The position numbers and the translations under genes are program-made. Below are positions 1 through 9,284 of a stretch of DNA of 40,000 bases, in pieces; positions within the stretch are counted from its first letter, which is position 1, and every line of letters begins with the position of its first letter. The notes under the pieces were generated by a model. The model made no database searches. It was not told where the DNA came from and worked only from the letters and a program-made list of their open reading frames with translations. Source of the stretch: Myxococcota bacterium (GTDB lineage: Bacteria; Myxococcota_C; UBA6777); the NCBI GenBank assembly GCA_023150835.1, contig JAKLKB010000079.1, forward strand, positions 1-40,000, given 5' to 3'.

Positions 1-323
1 GCCCTCCCCCGTGAACAGGGGAGGGAGCGAAAGTCGGAAGCAGCGGGGATTTTGTTTTTTCATGACGCACGCTGTTTGCACGAGACGCAGACGCTGCCCG
101 TTCCAACTTCCCCCCGTTCACGGGGGGATTGAGGGGGGGGTAGAAAAAGAAACGGCGATCAGGCTAGACTATCCGGTGTTTCCACCTTAACAAGGCGCGT
201 ATGGGGCGTGGCCCCATACCCCACAAGGGAACGTCGTCCCCTTGACCCCGACATGGCGGAGCGAGCAGAGGTTTTCAAACAAACAACGCCTCCGCTTCAA
301 GCGGCACGAACACGGGGCTTTTG
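1..323. repeat. Composite non-coding repeat (module B 1-~190 plus module A 202-323), truncated at window start
   Basis: Bases ~8-140 are a near-identical reverse complement of the window end (~39868-40000). A direct copy with an internal deletion lies at 9446-9640. Contains several GC-rich hairpins. Confidence 0.9.
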
Positions 324-347
324 TCGTTCGCGAGAGTTCTTTGTGGA

Positions 348-1754
348 TTAGGAGATGCCGTATTTTTCGAGTTTGTAGTAGAGAGCAGAGGTTTTGATGC
401 CGAGGATGCGGGCGGTTTCGGCTTTGACTTTGAGGGCTTTTTCGTAGGCTTCGAGGATGAGGGCTTTTTCGATATCATCGAGGATCTGGGGGAGCGTTTG
501 ATCGCCAAGGGCAAAGGAGAGGCCGTCGACTTTGGCGGGGATGGGCGTAGGGCGTTGGTGGAGGTGGGGAGGGAGATCGTCGACGCGGAGTTCTTTCCCT
601 TCGGAAAAGACGAGGGCTTGTTCCATGACATTTTCGAGTTCACGGACATTGCCCGGCCAAGGGTAGGTGCGGAATGTGGCGAAGACTTCGGGGTGGATCT
701 GCTCGACTCCATGCAGGGTGCGTGGCTGGAGCTTTTTGAGGAAGTGATCGACCAAAAGCGCCAAGTCATCGAGGCGCGCACGAAGTGGCGGCAAAGACAC
801 AGGCAAGATGTGGAGGCGATAGAACAAGTCTTCGCGGAAACGACCTGCATCGACTTCTTTTTGGAGGTCTTTGTTGGTTGCGGAGATGATGCGCACGTCT
901 ACTTTGATCGGCTGTTCACCGCCAAGGCGCTCGAATTCTTTTTCTTGGAGGACGCGCAAGAGCTTGACTTGGACAGTTTGAGAGATGTCGCCGATCTCAT
1001 CGAGAAAGATCGTGCCTTTGTCTGCAAGTTCAAAACGCCCAAGCTTGCGTTTGATGGCGTTGGTGAACGCCCCTTTCTCGTGACCAAACAACTCGCTTTC
1101 CAACAAAGTTTCTGGCAAGGCGCTGCAATTGATCTTGATGAAGGGGCCGTCGTGTCGGGGGCTGAGATCGTGGATCGCTCGTGCGACGAGCTCTTTGCCA
1201 GTCCCTGATTCGCCAAAGATGTGGACGGTGGAGTCGGAGGCAGCGACTTTTCGCAGCAATTTGAACACCCGCTGCATCGGTTCGCTGTCTCCGATGATCT
1301 CCTTTGTGCCGTAAGGTGCGGCGATCTCGTCACGCAACAGCTTGTTTTCTTCGTTGAGGCGAGCGTTCTTTTGTACCCATTCGCGGGCTTCGAGGGCTTT
1401 GTTGACTTTTACGCGCAACAACTCCATCGAAAAAGGCTTGGTGATAAAGTCGAACGCCCCTGCTTTCATCGCATCGACAGCGACTTCGATCGTGCCAAAG
1501 GCAGTCACGACCATCACAAGGACTTCGGGATCTTTGGCTTTGATCGTCTTTAGTACGCTCAATCCGTCCATATCGTCCATCTTGAGATCGGTGATCACAA
1601 AGTCCGTTTCTTCGGGGCGAAACAGAGCGACGCCTTCTTTTCCGCCCGAAGCAACATCGACTTTGTGTCCCATCTTGCGGATGGTGTAGGCCATGCCCTC
1701 GCGCATGGTGTCGTTGTCGTCGATCACCAAGATTCTCGCCATATCGGTCTCCAT
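348..1754 (-). CDS. Sigma-54-dependent two-component response regulator (NtrC/AtoC family)
   Basis: N-terminal REC domain (ILVIDD...TDLKM...KPF). AAA+ domain with [23 protein letters not shown] and FLDEIG. C-terminal Fis-type HTH (TARILGI...LYYKLEKY). The start may be 1742 (MARIL). Confidence 0.95.
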   Translation of the reverse strand: METDMARILVIDDNDTMREGMAYTIRKMGHKVDVASGGKEGVALFRPEETDFVITDLKMDDMDGLSVLKTIKAKDPEVLVMVVTAFGTIEVAVDAMKAGAFDFITKPFSMELLRVKVNKALEAREWVQKNARLNEENKLLRDEIAAPYGTKEIIGDSEPMQRVFKLLRKVAASDSTVHIFGESGTGKELVARAIHDLSPRHDGPFIKINCSALPETLLESELFGHEKGAFTNAIKRKLGRFELADKGTIFLDEIGDISQTVQVKLLRVLQEKEFERLGGEQPIKVDVRIISATNKDLQKEVDAGRFREDLFYRLHILPVSLPPLRARLDDLALLVDHFLKKLQPRTLHGVEQIHPEVFATFRTYPWPGNVRELENVMEQALVFSEGKELRVDDLPPHLHQRPTPIPAKVDGLSFALGDQTLPQILDDIEKALILEAYEKALKVKAETARILGIKTSALYYKLEKYGIS

Positions 1755-1792
1755 GATGCCGTTCGTCAGGGCCTGTCGGCAGGCTTGACGTT

Positions 1793-1912
1793 ATACGATA
1801 TCCGAGTGATGTGTACGTACACAAAGGAGAGTACACAGACGCCCTGTCGCTTGGGCAGCCACATCTGCCTGCCCCTACCTCTTTACGATCGTACAACGGG
1901 CGGATCTCGTCT
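1793..1912 (-). mobile_element. ~120-bp MITE-like element (family D) with internal REP hairpin
   Basis: Ends ATACGATATCCG...CGGATCTCGT. Internal GGGCAGCCACATCTGCCTGCCCCTAC matches the copies at 34211 and 36326. Confidence 0.7.
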
Positions 1913-2187
1913 TAACTGGCTGCGATATCGAGGCGCTCGGAGTCTTCGGAGCTTTCTTCGGGGATGGCTTCGGGCGGGTAGATGCAGACGGTGTAGATCT
2001 TGTCAGCACGGAAGATCCACGACTGGCTTTTGACATCCACACAGCTCCACATCGACGGTTCAGGCCGCTGCATCGCACTTTGGATCTCGTTCATGATCTC
2101 TGCGGGGCTTTTGTCGGATTGGATCTTGATGTAGGCGGGTTGGGCTTCTGATTCGTGGCGGATAAAGATGCGGTAGATCTGGCTCAC
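1912..2187 (-). CDS. Small hypothetical protein (~91 aa)
   Basis: GTG start at 2187 preceded by GAGGAG. Globular-looking sequence (SQIYRIFIRH...WIFRADKIYTVCIYPP). Co-oriented with neighbouring genes. Confidence 0.6.
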   Translation of the reverse strand: MSQIYRIFIRHESEAQPAYIKIQSDKSPAEIMNEIQSAMQRPEPSMWSCVDVKSQSWIFRADKIYTVCIYPPEAIPEESSEDSERLDIAAS

Positions 2188-2396
2188 GGTGGTCTCCTCA
2201 AGGCTAGGTGGATCGGGAATCATACGCGGCTTTTGTGCGACGCGCCGCTTGGCCCTTGCGACGTGCATTTACACAGTTGTTTTGCATCGTCTTTTACGCA
2301 AAGAGACCGACAGCCTACTCGTTTTGCGAGGGGAAGACAAGGCGGCACCTTGTGATCTTGGGAGGACGGGGGCATTTGGTGAGAAAGAAGTGAGTG

Positions 2397-4700
2397 TTAG
2401 GGGGATTGGGGAGAGAGTAAGAGTGTTTGATTGGGCGAAGGGTTGGGGATATCGCGTTCGATCTTGTCGCCCCAAGAGATCGAGAGTCGGCCCAATTGTT
2501 TGGTTTCGCCAAGCGGGATGGGCAGAAAGATATCGGGTTGATCGGGTCCTGTGGCCCCTGCTCCGATCTCGCGCAATAGCCGCAGCCCATCCATCTGCAA
2601 GCGCACACGTGCGCCCCATGCAGAGCGGTTGCCTTGGATGCCACGCAAGGCCAAGCGCAAAGAAGGGTGCGTTGAGGGCGGTGTGATCGCCTTCACGGTG
2701 TTTGGGGCTTGGACACCATACAGCGAGGCGCGCCCTGTGACAAGCGGATCTCCAAGACCCAACGCGCCCATCCCTTGGGGAGTACCGACGATCTTTGTGG
2801 CATCGAGCCATGTGGCCCCGCGAAGGTTTTTCCACAAGAGAGGTGGGCCAGACTCTCGCAAGCACAAGAGATCCATGTACGGGTCTCCATCGGCATCCAT
2901 CCACATCAAGCCTCGGATATCTTGGGCCTCGTGAGTGACCCGCGAGCCAAAGCGCCAGCCACGTCCCGGGATCTGATGCAGCGTGACGAGATGCAAACGC
3001 GCATCGGGTGGGGCTTTGGGAGCGCGGCCTACTGTGGCGTCGGCATCGGCTTCTCCGACTCCTACGAACACAAGATCCAGATCGCCGTCGAGATCGACAT
3101 CGTAGCGCCCGACATGCAGCCAGCGTACACGCGCAAGCCCGGGCAGAGCGGGCTGGAGTCCTGTGCGTTCAAATCCGCCCTTACCATCGCCCCAAAGCAC
3201 ATAGGGTTCGCCTTCTTCGGGCAAGACCACCAGATCAGCGTAACGATCGCCATCAAGATCGCTTGCGAGGGCTTGGCGAGGGGAGCCGATCTCTTTGGGG
3301 GTTGGGCCTGCCTCATAACGCCCACCACGTCGCCACAAAAGCCGACTTGTCGCAGGGCGCTTGTCCAACAAAAGCAGATCCAACTGGCCGTCGCCATCAA
3401 AGTCCCCCGCCAAGACATCCAAGATCTCGGAGGTCAGCCACGCGCCAAACGTCGAGAGATCGACGCTGTAGCGATCTCCTCCCAACGAACGCCAATACTC
3501 CCATCCCAAGGCGCGGCGCACCAAGATATCCGCTACACCGTCCCCATCCATATCCCACACACGCAACCGCTCTGGCTGTGTACTGGCGTCTTGTCCGATC
3601 ACAACGGGCTTTCCGCCGCTTTCCATATCGCGCCAAATCAACAACCGCGAACGCTCTGCAATCAACCATGCGGGTTGTCCGAATCCTTCGGGATCAAGCA
3701 TCGCACTCACCACGGGAACGATCGGTTGTTTGGGGAGATATCGATCTTTCCAAGGCTCGATCACGCCGTAGTAGGCGGTTTCTAGGTTCGAGAGCAGATT
3801 TTGTAGATCAAAGGCGCGTACCGTCATGATCAGATCGCGTTGGAGGCCGAAGGGACCGACATAACGCAGCCAAGGGCCATCCATCAAGCTGTATTCGATG
3901 CGTCCAGACTCCGAGGATTCGATCTGTATATCGGTGGTGTTGGGCAAGTATACTCCCGATACTGGGGAGATTTGAAAGCGCGGAGGAAAGTTGTAGGTGG
4001 CTTCTTGGATCGGCTCACGGTTTCCCCACGGATCGAGCGAGAAAAAGCGCAGCGTGGTATCGGTGGTGATCGCTATGGGAGCGAGATAACGAGCGGAAGA
4101 CTCGTTTGGATCGCTGCCGTCGAGTGTGTAATAGACGGTGGCGGGTTTGTCGGTGCGTAGCGTGATCTGTTGGACGGTGCGGTAGTTTCCTGTGCCGGGT
4201 TCGGCCCAGCTTTGCGCAAATAGCCCATCAATCGAGTAGTCGGCTTGTCCTACAAAACCGCGCCTTCCTTCGGCGTCGATCGCAACAAATCGCAAGGTTG
4301 TCGAGGCCCAGATCGCAAGCGGCGAAGAGTAGAGACTTCCGCGCTTTTCATCAGGTGTGCTGCCGTCGACGGTGTAATAGATGTTTGCGGGCCGCTCGCT
4401 TTGCAACGTGACGGTGGCTCCGATACGAAGGCGACCTCCTGCGGGGCGCGCTTCGCTGCGCGGCCCGATCTCGGTTGGAGTGGTGGGGCCGCAAGCCCAC
4501 ACACCCCACAACGCGAGCAGTCGCAAAAGCCCCATCACGCGGGAAGCTGTGGCGTGGCGTGCGGAAAAAGGCTTTTTGTGTTGGCGTGGTGCGTGTGTTG
4601 GGAGGCCACCGGATCGGAGTGAGCGGTGGTGCATGGCGAGCGCTTGTTTTTGAGTCGCCATCGTACCTTGTTTGATCTGTCGCGCAAACAGGTGGTGCAT
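2397..4700 (-). CDS. Probable lipoprotein: chitobiase/beta-hexosaminidase C-terminal-like (Fn3-associated) domains, FG-GAP repeats, ASPIC/UnbV-like C-terminus
   Basis: IYYTVDGSTP and VYYTLDGSDP motifs. Repeated DxDGDGxxD motifs. C-terminal LRGIQGNRSAWGARVRL. Lipobox-like LWGVWAC follows the Met at 4535, so the true start is uncertain (4700/4661/4535). Confidence 0.85.
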   Translation of the reverse strand: MHHLFARQIKQGTMATQKQALAMHHRSLRSGGLPTHAPRQHKKPFSARHATASRVMGLLRLLALWGVWACGPTTPTEIGPRSEARPAGGRLRIGATVTLQSERPANIYYTVDGSTPDEKRGSLYSSPLAIWASTTLRFVAIDAEGRRGFVGQADYSIDGLFAQSWAEPGTGNYRTVQQITLRTDKPATVYYTLDGSDPNESSARYLAPIAITTDTTLRFFSLDPWGNREPIQEATYNFPPRFQISPVSGVYLPNTTDIQIESSESGRIEYSLMDGPWLRYVGPFGLQRDLIMTVRAFDLQNLLSNLETAYYGVIEPWKDRYLPKQPIVPVVSAMLDPEGFGQPAWLIAERSRLLIWRDMESGGKPVVIGQDASTQPERLRVWDMDGDGVADILVRRALGWEYWRSLGGDRYSVDLSTFGAWLTSEILDVLAGDFDGDGQLDLLLLDKRPATSRLLWRRGGRYEAGPTPKEIGSPRQALASDLDGDRYADLVVLPEEGEPYVLWGDGKGGFERTGLQPALPGLARVRWLHVGRYDVDLDGDLDLVFVGVGEADADATVGRAPKAPPDARLHLVTLHQIPGRGWRFGSRVTHEAQDIRGLMWMDADGDPYMDLLCLRESGPPLLWKNLRGATWLDATKIVGTPQGMGALGLGDPLVTGRASLYGVQAPNTVKAITPPSTHPSLRLALRGIQGNRSAWGARVRLQMDGLRLLREIGAGATGPDQPDIFLPIPLGETKQLGRLSISWGDKIERDIPNPSPNQTLLLSPQSP

Positions 4701-4702
4701 GG

Positions 4703-5407
4703 CTAGAGTTTGCTTTCGATCTCCAGATCAAGAGAGGCGTGAGAGAGGATGCGCAAGGCTCGGCCATCGCGTTCGAGGATGCCGCGTTTTTCGAGTTCGG
4801 ACAGAACGCGGTTGATGGTTTCGCGGCTGGTGCCGAGCATGGAGGCGATCTCTTGTTGGGAGGGGAGTTTGGGGATGACGAAGCCTTCTTCGGTTTCTTG
4901 GCCTTGTTCTTTGGAGAGATCGAGGAGGTAACGTGCGACACGCCCGTATACATCGAGCAAGACGAGATCGCTGATCACAGCGTCAGCTTTGCGCAGGCGT
5001 TCACAGAGCTTTTGCATGACGTTGAGCAGGATGCGGGGGTTGTCTTCGACGACGCGCATAAAGTCTTCGCGTTCGAGGGCATAAAGCAAGGTGGATCTGA
5101 GTGCGATCACGCTCGCAGAGCGGGGGTTTTGATCGAGCAAGGACAGCTCGCCAAAAAAGTCCCCTTCGTCGAGGATCGAGAGGATGACTTCGCGACCTTG
5201 GTTATCGGAGAGGGCGACTTTGACGCGGCCTTCGGCGATCAAGTAGAGTGTTTGGCCGAGGGTTCCGACTTCGACGACGGGCTGGCCGCGTACGCACTTT
5301 TTAGGCCGAAGCATGGGGATCATCGGTCCGAGATCTTCTGCGCTGATCCCTTCAAACAGCGTGACACGAGAAAGCAAGTCGCGTGGTTGAAAACCTTTTG
5401 TACTCAT
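4703..5407 (-). CDS. Crp/Fnr family cNMP-binding transcriptional regulator
   Basis: FFGELSLLDQNPRSASV cNMP pocket and QQEIASMLGTSRETINRVL HTH. Confidence 0.95.
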   Translation of the reverse strand: MSTKGFQPRDLLSRVTLFEGISAEDLGPMIPMLRPKKCVRGQPVVEVGTLGQTLYLIAEGRVKVALSDNQGREVILSILDEGDFFGELSLLDQNPRSASVIALRSTLLYALEREDFMRVVEDNPRILLNVMQKLCERLRKADAVISDLVLLDVYGRVARYLLDLSKEQGQETEEGFVIPKLPSQQEIASMLGTSRETINRVLSELEKRGILERDGRALRILSHASLDLEIESKL

Positions 5408-5534
5408 GGTTTTGTCATCCTTCTAAAAAAAGAAGCGCAGCAGCGACCGAAGGAAAAGGCACACAGCCAGAAAGAGCGTGGTGAGCGCTTGGGTCTCTTG
5501 GCCCGTGTTGTGTGGGAGCGTGAAAAAGGGGTGC

Positions 5535-5645
5535 GTTGCATCGGTTGTGGTTTCCGTACGTCTTTTGGAAGGCGCTATATCGAGCTTGTGTTTGGGCCTC
5601 CGTCGAGTTGCATCGGTTGTGGTTTCCGCACGTCTTTTGGAAGGC
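5535..5645. repeat. Two 39-bp direct repeats (1 mismatch) separated by a unique 33-bp spacer
   Basis: GTTGCATCGGTTGTGGTTTCCG(T/C)ACGTCTTTTGGAAGGC at 5535 and 5607. Confidence 0.85.
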
Positions 5646-5904
5646 TGAAAGCCAGCAAAGCACCCCCCCGTTGTAGCCGATGTTGTGCGGATTGCAAAGA
5701 GGAATGCGCGGCCTCGCTGCAAAAAGGCAATCCCTTGTGCTTGCTTGTCGTGGGCAACGGTGTTAATCATCAGCGCGTTTTGGGACGGTGGGCCTGCGGG
5801 CCTATTCTTTGGGCTGTGCGTTGTGATGTGTTGGTTGCGTCGATGGGCAGATCACGAGCATCTTTAAGAATGGGCGGCGAGTACAAGCCTTTTGGAGGTT
5901 GAGT

Positions 5905-6007
5905 CGAAATCCGCCCGTTGCGTGATCGTAAAGGTGTAGGGGCAGCCCCCTGTGGCTGCCCGATAATCGGGCGTCTACGCACAATCCTTTGTGTACCAGA
6001 TATCGTG
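5905..6007 (+). mobile_element. Family D MITE/REP copy
   Basis: CGAAATCCGCCCGTTGCGTGATCGTAAAGGT-GTAGGGGCAGCCCCCTGTGGCTGCCC...GATATCGT. Confidence 0.75.
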
Positions 6008-6060
6008 TGAGTCGAGAGCCTTCTTTGCGATGGAGTGCGGAAGGCGTGGAGCATAGAAAA

Positions 6061-7011
6061 ATGACACAAATCGAAAAGAAAACAGTGGATATCCGTGCAG
6101 AGCGTTCGAGGCGACAGCCGTTGTTGCGCAAGCCGGCTTGGTTGCGCAGTCAGATCCCTGCGGGAGAAAACTTTGCAGTAATCAAAGAGCGCCTGCATTC
6201 GGGCGGATTGCATACCGTCTGTGAAGAAGCGCGTTGTCCGAATCTTGGGGAATGTTGGAGCGGCGGAACCGCCACGTTTATGGTGATGGGCGACGTTTGC
6301 ACGCGAGGTTGTCGATTTTGTGCGGTCAAGACGGGCAAACACGGCGTTGTGCTGGATCAGGATGAGCCTCGTAAGGTTGCAGAATCCGCACAGGCGATGA
6401 AGCTAGATTATGTGGTGATCACTTCGGTGGATCGGGATGATCTGCCAGATGGCGGAGCCGAACACTTTGCCAAGGTGATCCGAGAGGTGTTCGCGCTCTC
6501 TCAAGATCGCATCATGGTCGAAGTCTTGACACCTGATTTTCAAGGTGATCTCGCGGCCATTGAACTTGTCGCCGCTGCTCAACCCACCGTCTTTGCCCAC
6601 AACATCGAGACGGTTCGCCGTTTGACACGGCGCATCCGTGATGCCCGTTGCAACTACGATCAATCGTTGCAGGTGTTGGCTCATGTCAAAAAGGTGCAGC
6701 CTCAGATCGTGACCAAGTCTGCGTTGATGCTCGGTTTGGGCGAACAAGACGACGAGATCTACCAATCGATGGATGATCTGTTGGCCGCAGGCGTGGAGAT
6801 ATTGACCATCGGGCAATATCTGCAACCCACCCTCAAGCATCTCGCGGTCGAGTCCTTTGTGCCTCCCGAAAAATTCGATGCGTTTGCAGAAGAAGGCCGC
6901 AAGCGCGGCTTTGCCTTTGTTGCCGCAGGACCGATGGTGCGGAGCTCGTATCGTGCGGGTGAATTGTTCATCCAGCACCTTGTCCACGAGCGCAAGACGA
7001 CACAAGCATAA
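6061..7011 (+). CDS. lipA: Lipoyl synthase
   Basis: RKPAWLR, LHTVCEEARCPNLGECW (CX4CX5C), radical-SAM CTRGCRFC, and C-terminal VRSSY. ATG at 6061 follows GGAG. Confidence 0.97.
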   Translation: MTQIEKKTVDIRAERSRRQPLLRKPAWLRSQIPAGENFAVIKERLHSGGLHTVCEEARCPNLGECWSGGTATFMVMGDVCTRGCRFCAVKTGKHGVVLDQDEPRKVAESAQAMKLDYVVITSVDRDDLPDGGAEHFAKVIREVFALSQDRIMVEVLTPDFQGDLAAIELVAAAQPTVFAHNIETVRRLTRRIRDARCNYDQSLQVLAHVKKVQPQIVTKSALMLGLGEQDDEIYQSMDDLLAAGVEILTIGQYLQPTLKHLAVESFVPPEKFDAFAEEGRKRGFAFVAAGPMVRSSYRAGELFIQHLVHERKTTQA

Positions 7012-7125
7012 ACAGCTTTGTTTGAAGCTTTAGATGGGCTGTTTTGCTCGGAGTGTTTCGTGGAGTGAGCGCGTTGGTGGTTCATACGCGCCGAAGATCC
7101 GTGAGATCGGCTTGGGTGAAAGACG

Positions 7126-8136
7126 ATGCAAACTCTTCGTTTTGGGTTCTTTGCGGTGGTGGCTTGGCTTGGAGGGGCTTGGACGCCTGTTTGTGCGCAG
7201 TCTCAAACCACTCCGCCTCCCTTGAAGCCGAACACACAGATCACTCCGCCTCCCTTGAAGCCGAACACACAAATGGCTGCCCCCCCCTTGAACTCTGTCA
7301 CACAAACGACTCCACCCCTCTCCCCAAAACCAACGACACAACCGACCTCCCAAAAGGCTGATGCTTTTGCGGTGGGCGTGCAGCACTGCCGCGATTCAGA
7401 ATGGGAAAAGGCGTTGAGCTTTTTTTTGATGCAAAAGCGCCGATCTTTGTTGGAGCTTTCGTTGCCTGATCGTGTGCGGCTGTTTGCTTTTTTGGGTGTG
7501 ATCTACGCGAATCTGTTGCAGTCTGTCGAAAGTCGGGATGCTTTTGAAAAGGCGTTGCTGTTGGATCCCTGCGCACGTTTGCCAGCGTTGCGCTCCATCG
7601 CTCCGCAGATCCGTGTTGCGTTTGCTTCGGTACAATCGGGGTTTGCGCGAGCTTGTGCGCGGCAGATCCAAGAGCAAGCCCAAGTCTTGGCACGAAAGCA
7701 TCGCCCCAAAACTCCCCTCGAATCAAATCCCCCTCCGCAAAAAGCACTGATCGATCCGATCCTTCGGCCTTCAAAAGCCATGCACCTCTCGGCTTGGATC
7801 GTGACGGCTGTGGGTGGTGCTGCCTTGGCTGTCGGCTGTACCTTCGGTGGGCTGGCGCTTTTGGATGATGTCCAGCGTCAACAATCCCCGTACACCCTCG
7901 ACGGCACACAACAATACCTTCGACTCGCACAGCAAGCCCAAGAGCGCGCATGGACCGCCAACGTGCTGTATGGTGTCGCGGGCGCTTTGTTGTTCACAGG
8001 CTTTGCGCTGCATATCTCCAAGTGGGTCCAAGAAAGCACAGCTTCTTCGGAGCGCACGCTGTCATCCCCTCAGCCTCAAACAGTGCTGTACGGCACACAC
8101 GAAAAGCCTCGGACGGTGCTGTATGGCAGTCACTAA
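7126..8136 (+). CDS. Exported TPR-like protein with Pro-rich linker and C-terminal hydrophobic segments
   Basis: Signal peptide, TPPPLKPNTQ duplication, TPR-like LGVIYANL...AFEKALLLDP, and two Gly/Ala-rich hydrophobic segments near the C-terminus. Confidence 0.75.
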   Translation: MQTLRFGFFAVVAWLGGAWTPVCAQSQTTPPPLKPNTQITPPPLKPNTQMAAPPLNSVTQTTPPLSPKPTTQPTSQKADAFAVGVQHCRDSEWEKALSFFLMQKRRSLLELSLPDRVRLFAFLGVIYANLLQSVESRDAFEKALLLDPCARLPALRSIAPQIRVAFASVQSGFARACARQIQEQAQVLARKHRPKTPLESNPPPQKALIDPILRPSKAMHLSAWIVTAVGGAALAVGCTFGGLALLDDVQRQQSPYTLDGTQQYLRLAQQAQERAWTANVLYGVAGALLFTGFALHISKWVQESTASSERTLSSPQPQTVLYGTHEKPRTVLYGSH

Positions 8137-8464
8137 ACTCCATCCCATCGGGCTGATTTTGTTCAGCGCTTCAGCATCGACAGATCGCCGTCGCTTGTTC
8201 TCTCGGTTTTTGGGGGCCTTGATCGGGTTAGGCTTGATCTGGGCTTGGGGGGCAGGATGCTTTATCTCGCCCATCGATACGAGGTGCCGGCCTTGTGCAG
8301 GACAGATCGCCTGTGGGGAAGCCTTTTTGTGTATCGCAGGGCGCTGTCAACCCCGTGAACAGGAGCCTATCGACTGCACGACGTGGGAGTCCCCTGTTTC
8401 CGATGCCGCAGAGTCCGTCCTCCCGCACGACACCGACGCACATGATACCGAACGCGATGGTTAG
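8123..8464 (+). CDS. Small Cys-rich putative lipoprotein
   Basis: ATG overlaps the end of the upstream gene. Hydrophobic stretch ending AWGAGC (lipobox-like), then CRPC...C...C...GRC module. Confidence 0.55.
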   Translation: MAVTKLHPIGLILFSASASTDRRRLFSRFLGALIGLGLIWAWGAGCFISPIDTRCRPCAGQIACGEAFLCIAGRCQPREQEPIDCTTWESPVSDAAESVLPHDTDAHDTERDG

Positions 8465-8532
8465 GTTTTGTCGGTCAAGCGGGGTCGGCTTGGTTTTGTG
8501 GGGCACTGCTTGAAGCCTGCGGGATGGGGTGG

Positions 8533-8666
8533 GGTTTGTGGGGCGCTGCCCCACGCCCCGCAAGGGACCAATGGCCCCTTGACCCCCTATCGGCGGAAAG
8601 AGCAGGCGTTTTTCAACACAACGTCTGCGCCGCTTGAAGGGCTGCGAACACGGCTTTATTTTTGGC
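8533..8666 (-). repeat. Family A hairpin repeat copy
   Basis: Reverse complement reads AAAGCCGTGTTCGC...TTGAAAAA...GGGGTCAAGGGG-hairpin-GGGGCGTGGGGCAGCGCCCCACAAACC. Confidence 0.8.
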
Positions 8667-8760
8667 GCGACGCAAGAACATGGTTGTTTGCGTGGTGATG
8701 GGTTTTGGGTGGGAGGGCGGTGTGGCGCACCGAGCAAGGAGACTCGGACAACGAGAGATG

Positions 8761-8884
8761 ATACGAAATCCGCCCGTTGTGTGATCGTAAACATGTAGGG
8801 GCAGCCCCCCGTGGCTGCCCAAGAATAGGGCGGTTCGCGAACCGCCCCTGCATCATGCGATCATACATTACGCGGAGATCGTCT
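8761..8884 (+). mobile_element. Family D MITE/REP copy with an additional GGGCGGTTCGCGAACCGCCC palindrome
   Basis: Begins ATACGAAATCCGCCCGTTGTGTGATCGTAAAC, then GTAGGGGCAGCCCCCCGTGGCTGCCC. Confidence 0.75.
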
Positions 8885-8999
8885 GAACCTTGGACAACGA
8901 GAGATGAACCTTGGACAACGAGAGATGAACCTTGGACAACGAGAGATGAACCTTGGACAACGAGAGATGAACCTTGGAGAACGAGCAACGAGCCTTGGA
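8884..8999. repeat. 21-bp tandem repeat, ~5.5 units
   Basis: TGAACCTTGGACAACGAGAGA at 8884, 8905, 8926 and 8947, variants at 8968 and 8989. A 16-bp piece of the unit also occurs at 8746. Confidence 0.95.
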
Positions 9000-9284
9000 T
9001 TTTGAAAAAGGGCTTGCTTGGATCGCTGAGAGGATTTTTCTAAGCTCAAAAACCTAGATAGATCAAAGGTGTACCAATGTACGAAAAAAGTAGACGTGGG
9101 GGAAGAAGCGGCAGTGATAGTTGGGCCAAGTGAGAGTCTGAGTCCAACCCCTACAGAGACAGGGCTTTTTGGTGGGTGGCGAAGCTTCATTTGTGGCGAT
9201 CCAAGCCTGTGGATTGGAAAACCAAGGTCGAGCAAAACGGCACATGATCCCCATCGGCTTTGTTGGAATCGTAGCCACACCGTT

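Noticed and set aside
8656..9043. ORFs with VVQGSSL / EPWTTRD repeats, and similar ORFs across 21125-21718 and 25557-26101
   Set aside because: They are translations of non-coding tandem repeats, with no RBS or coding context.
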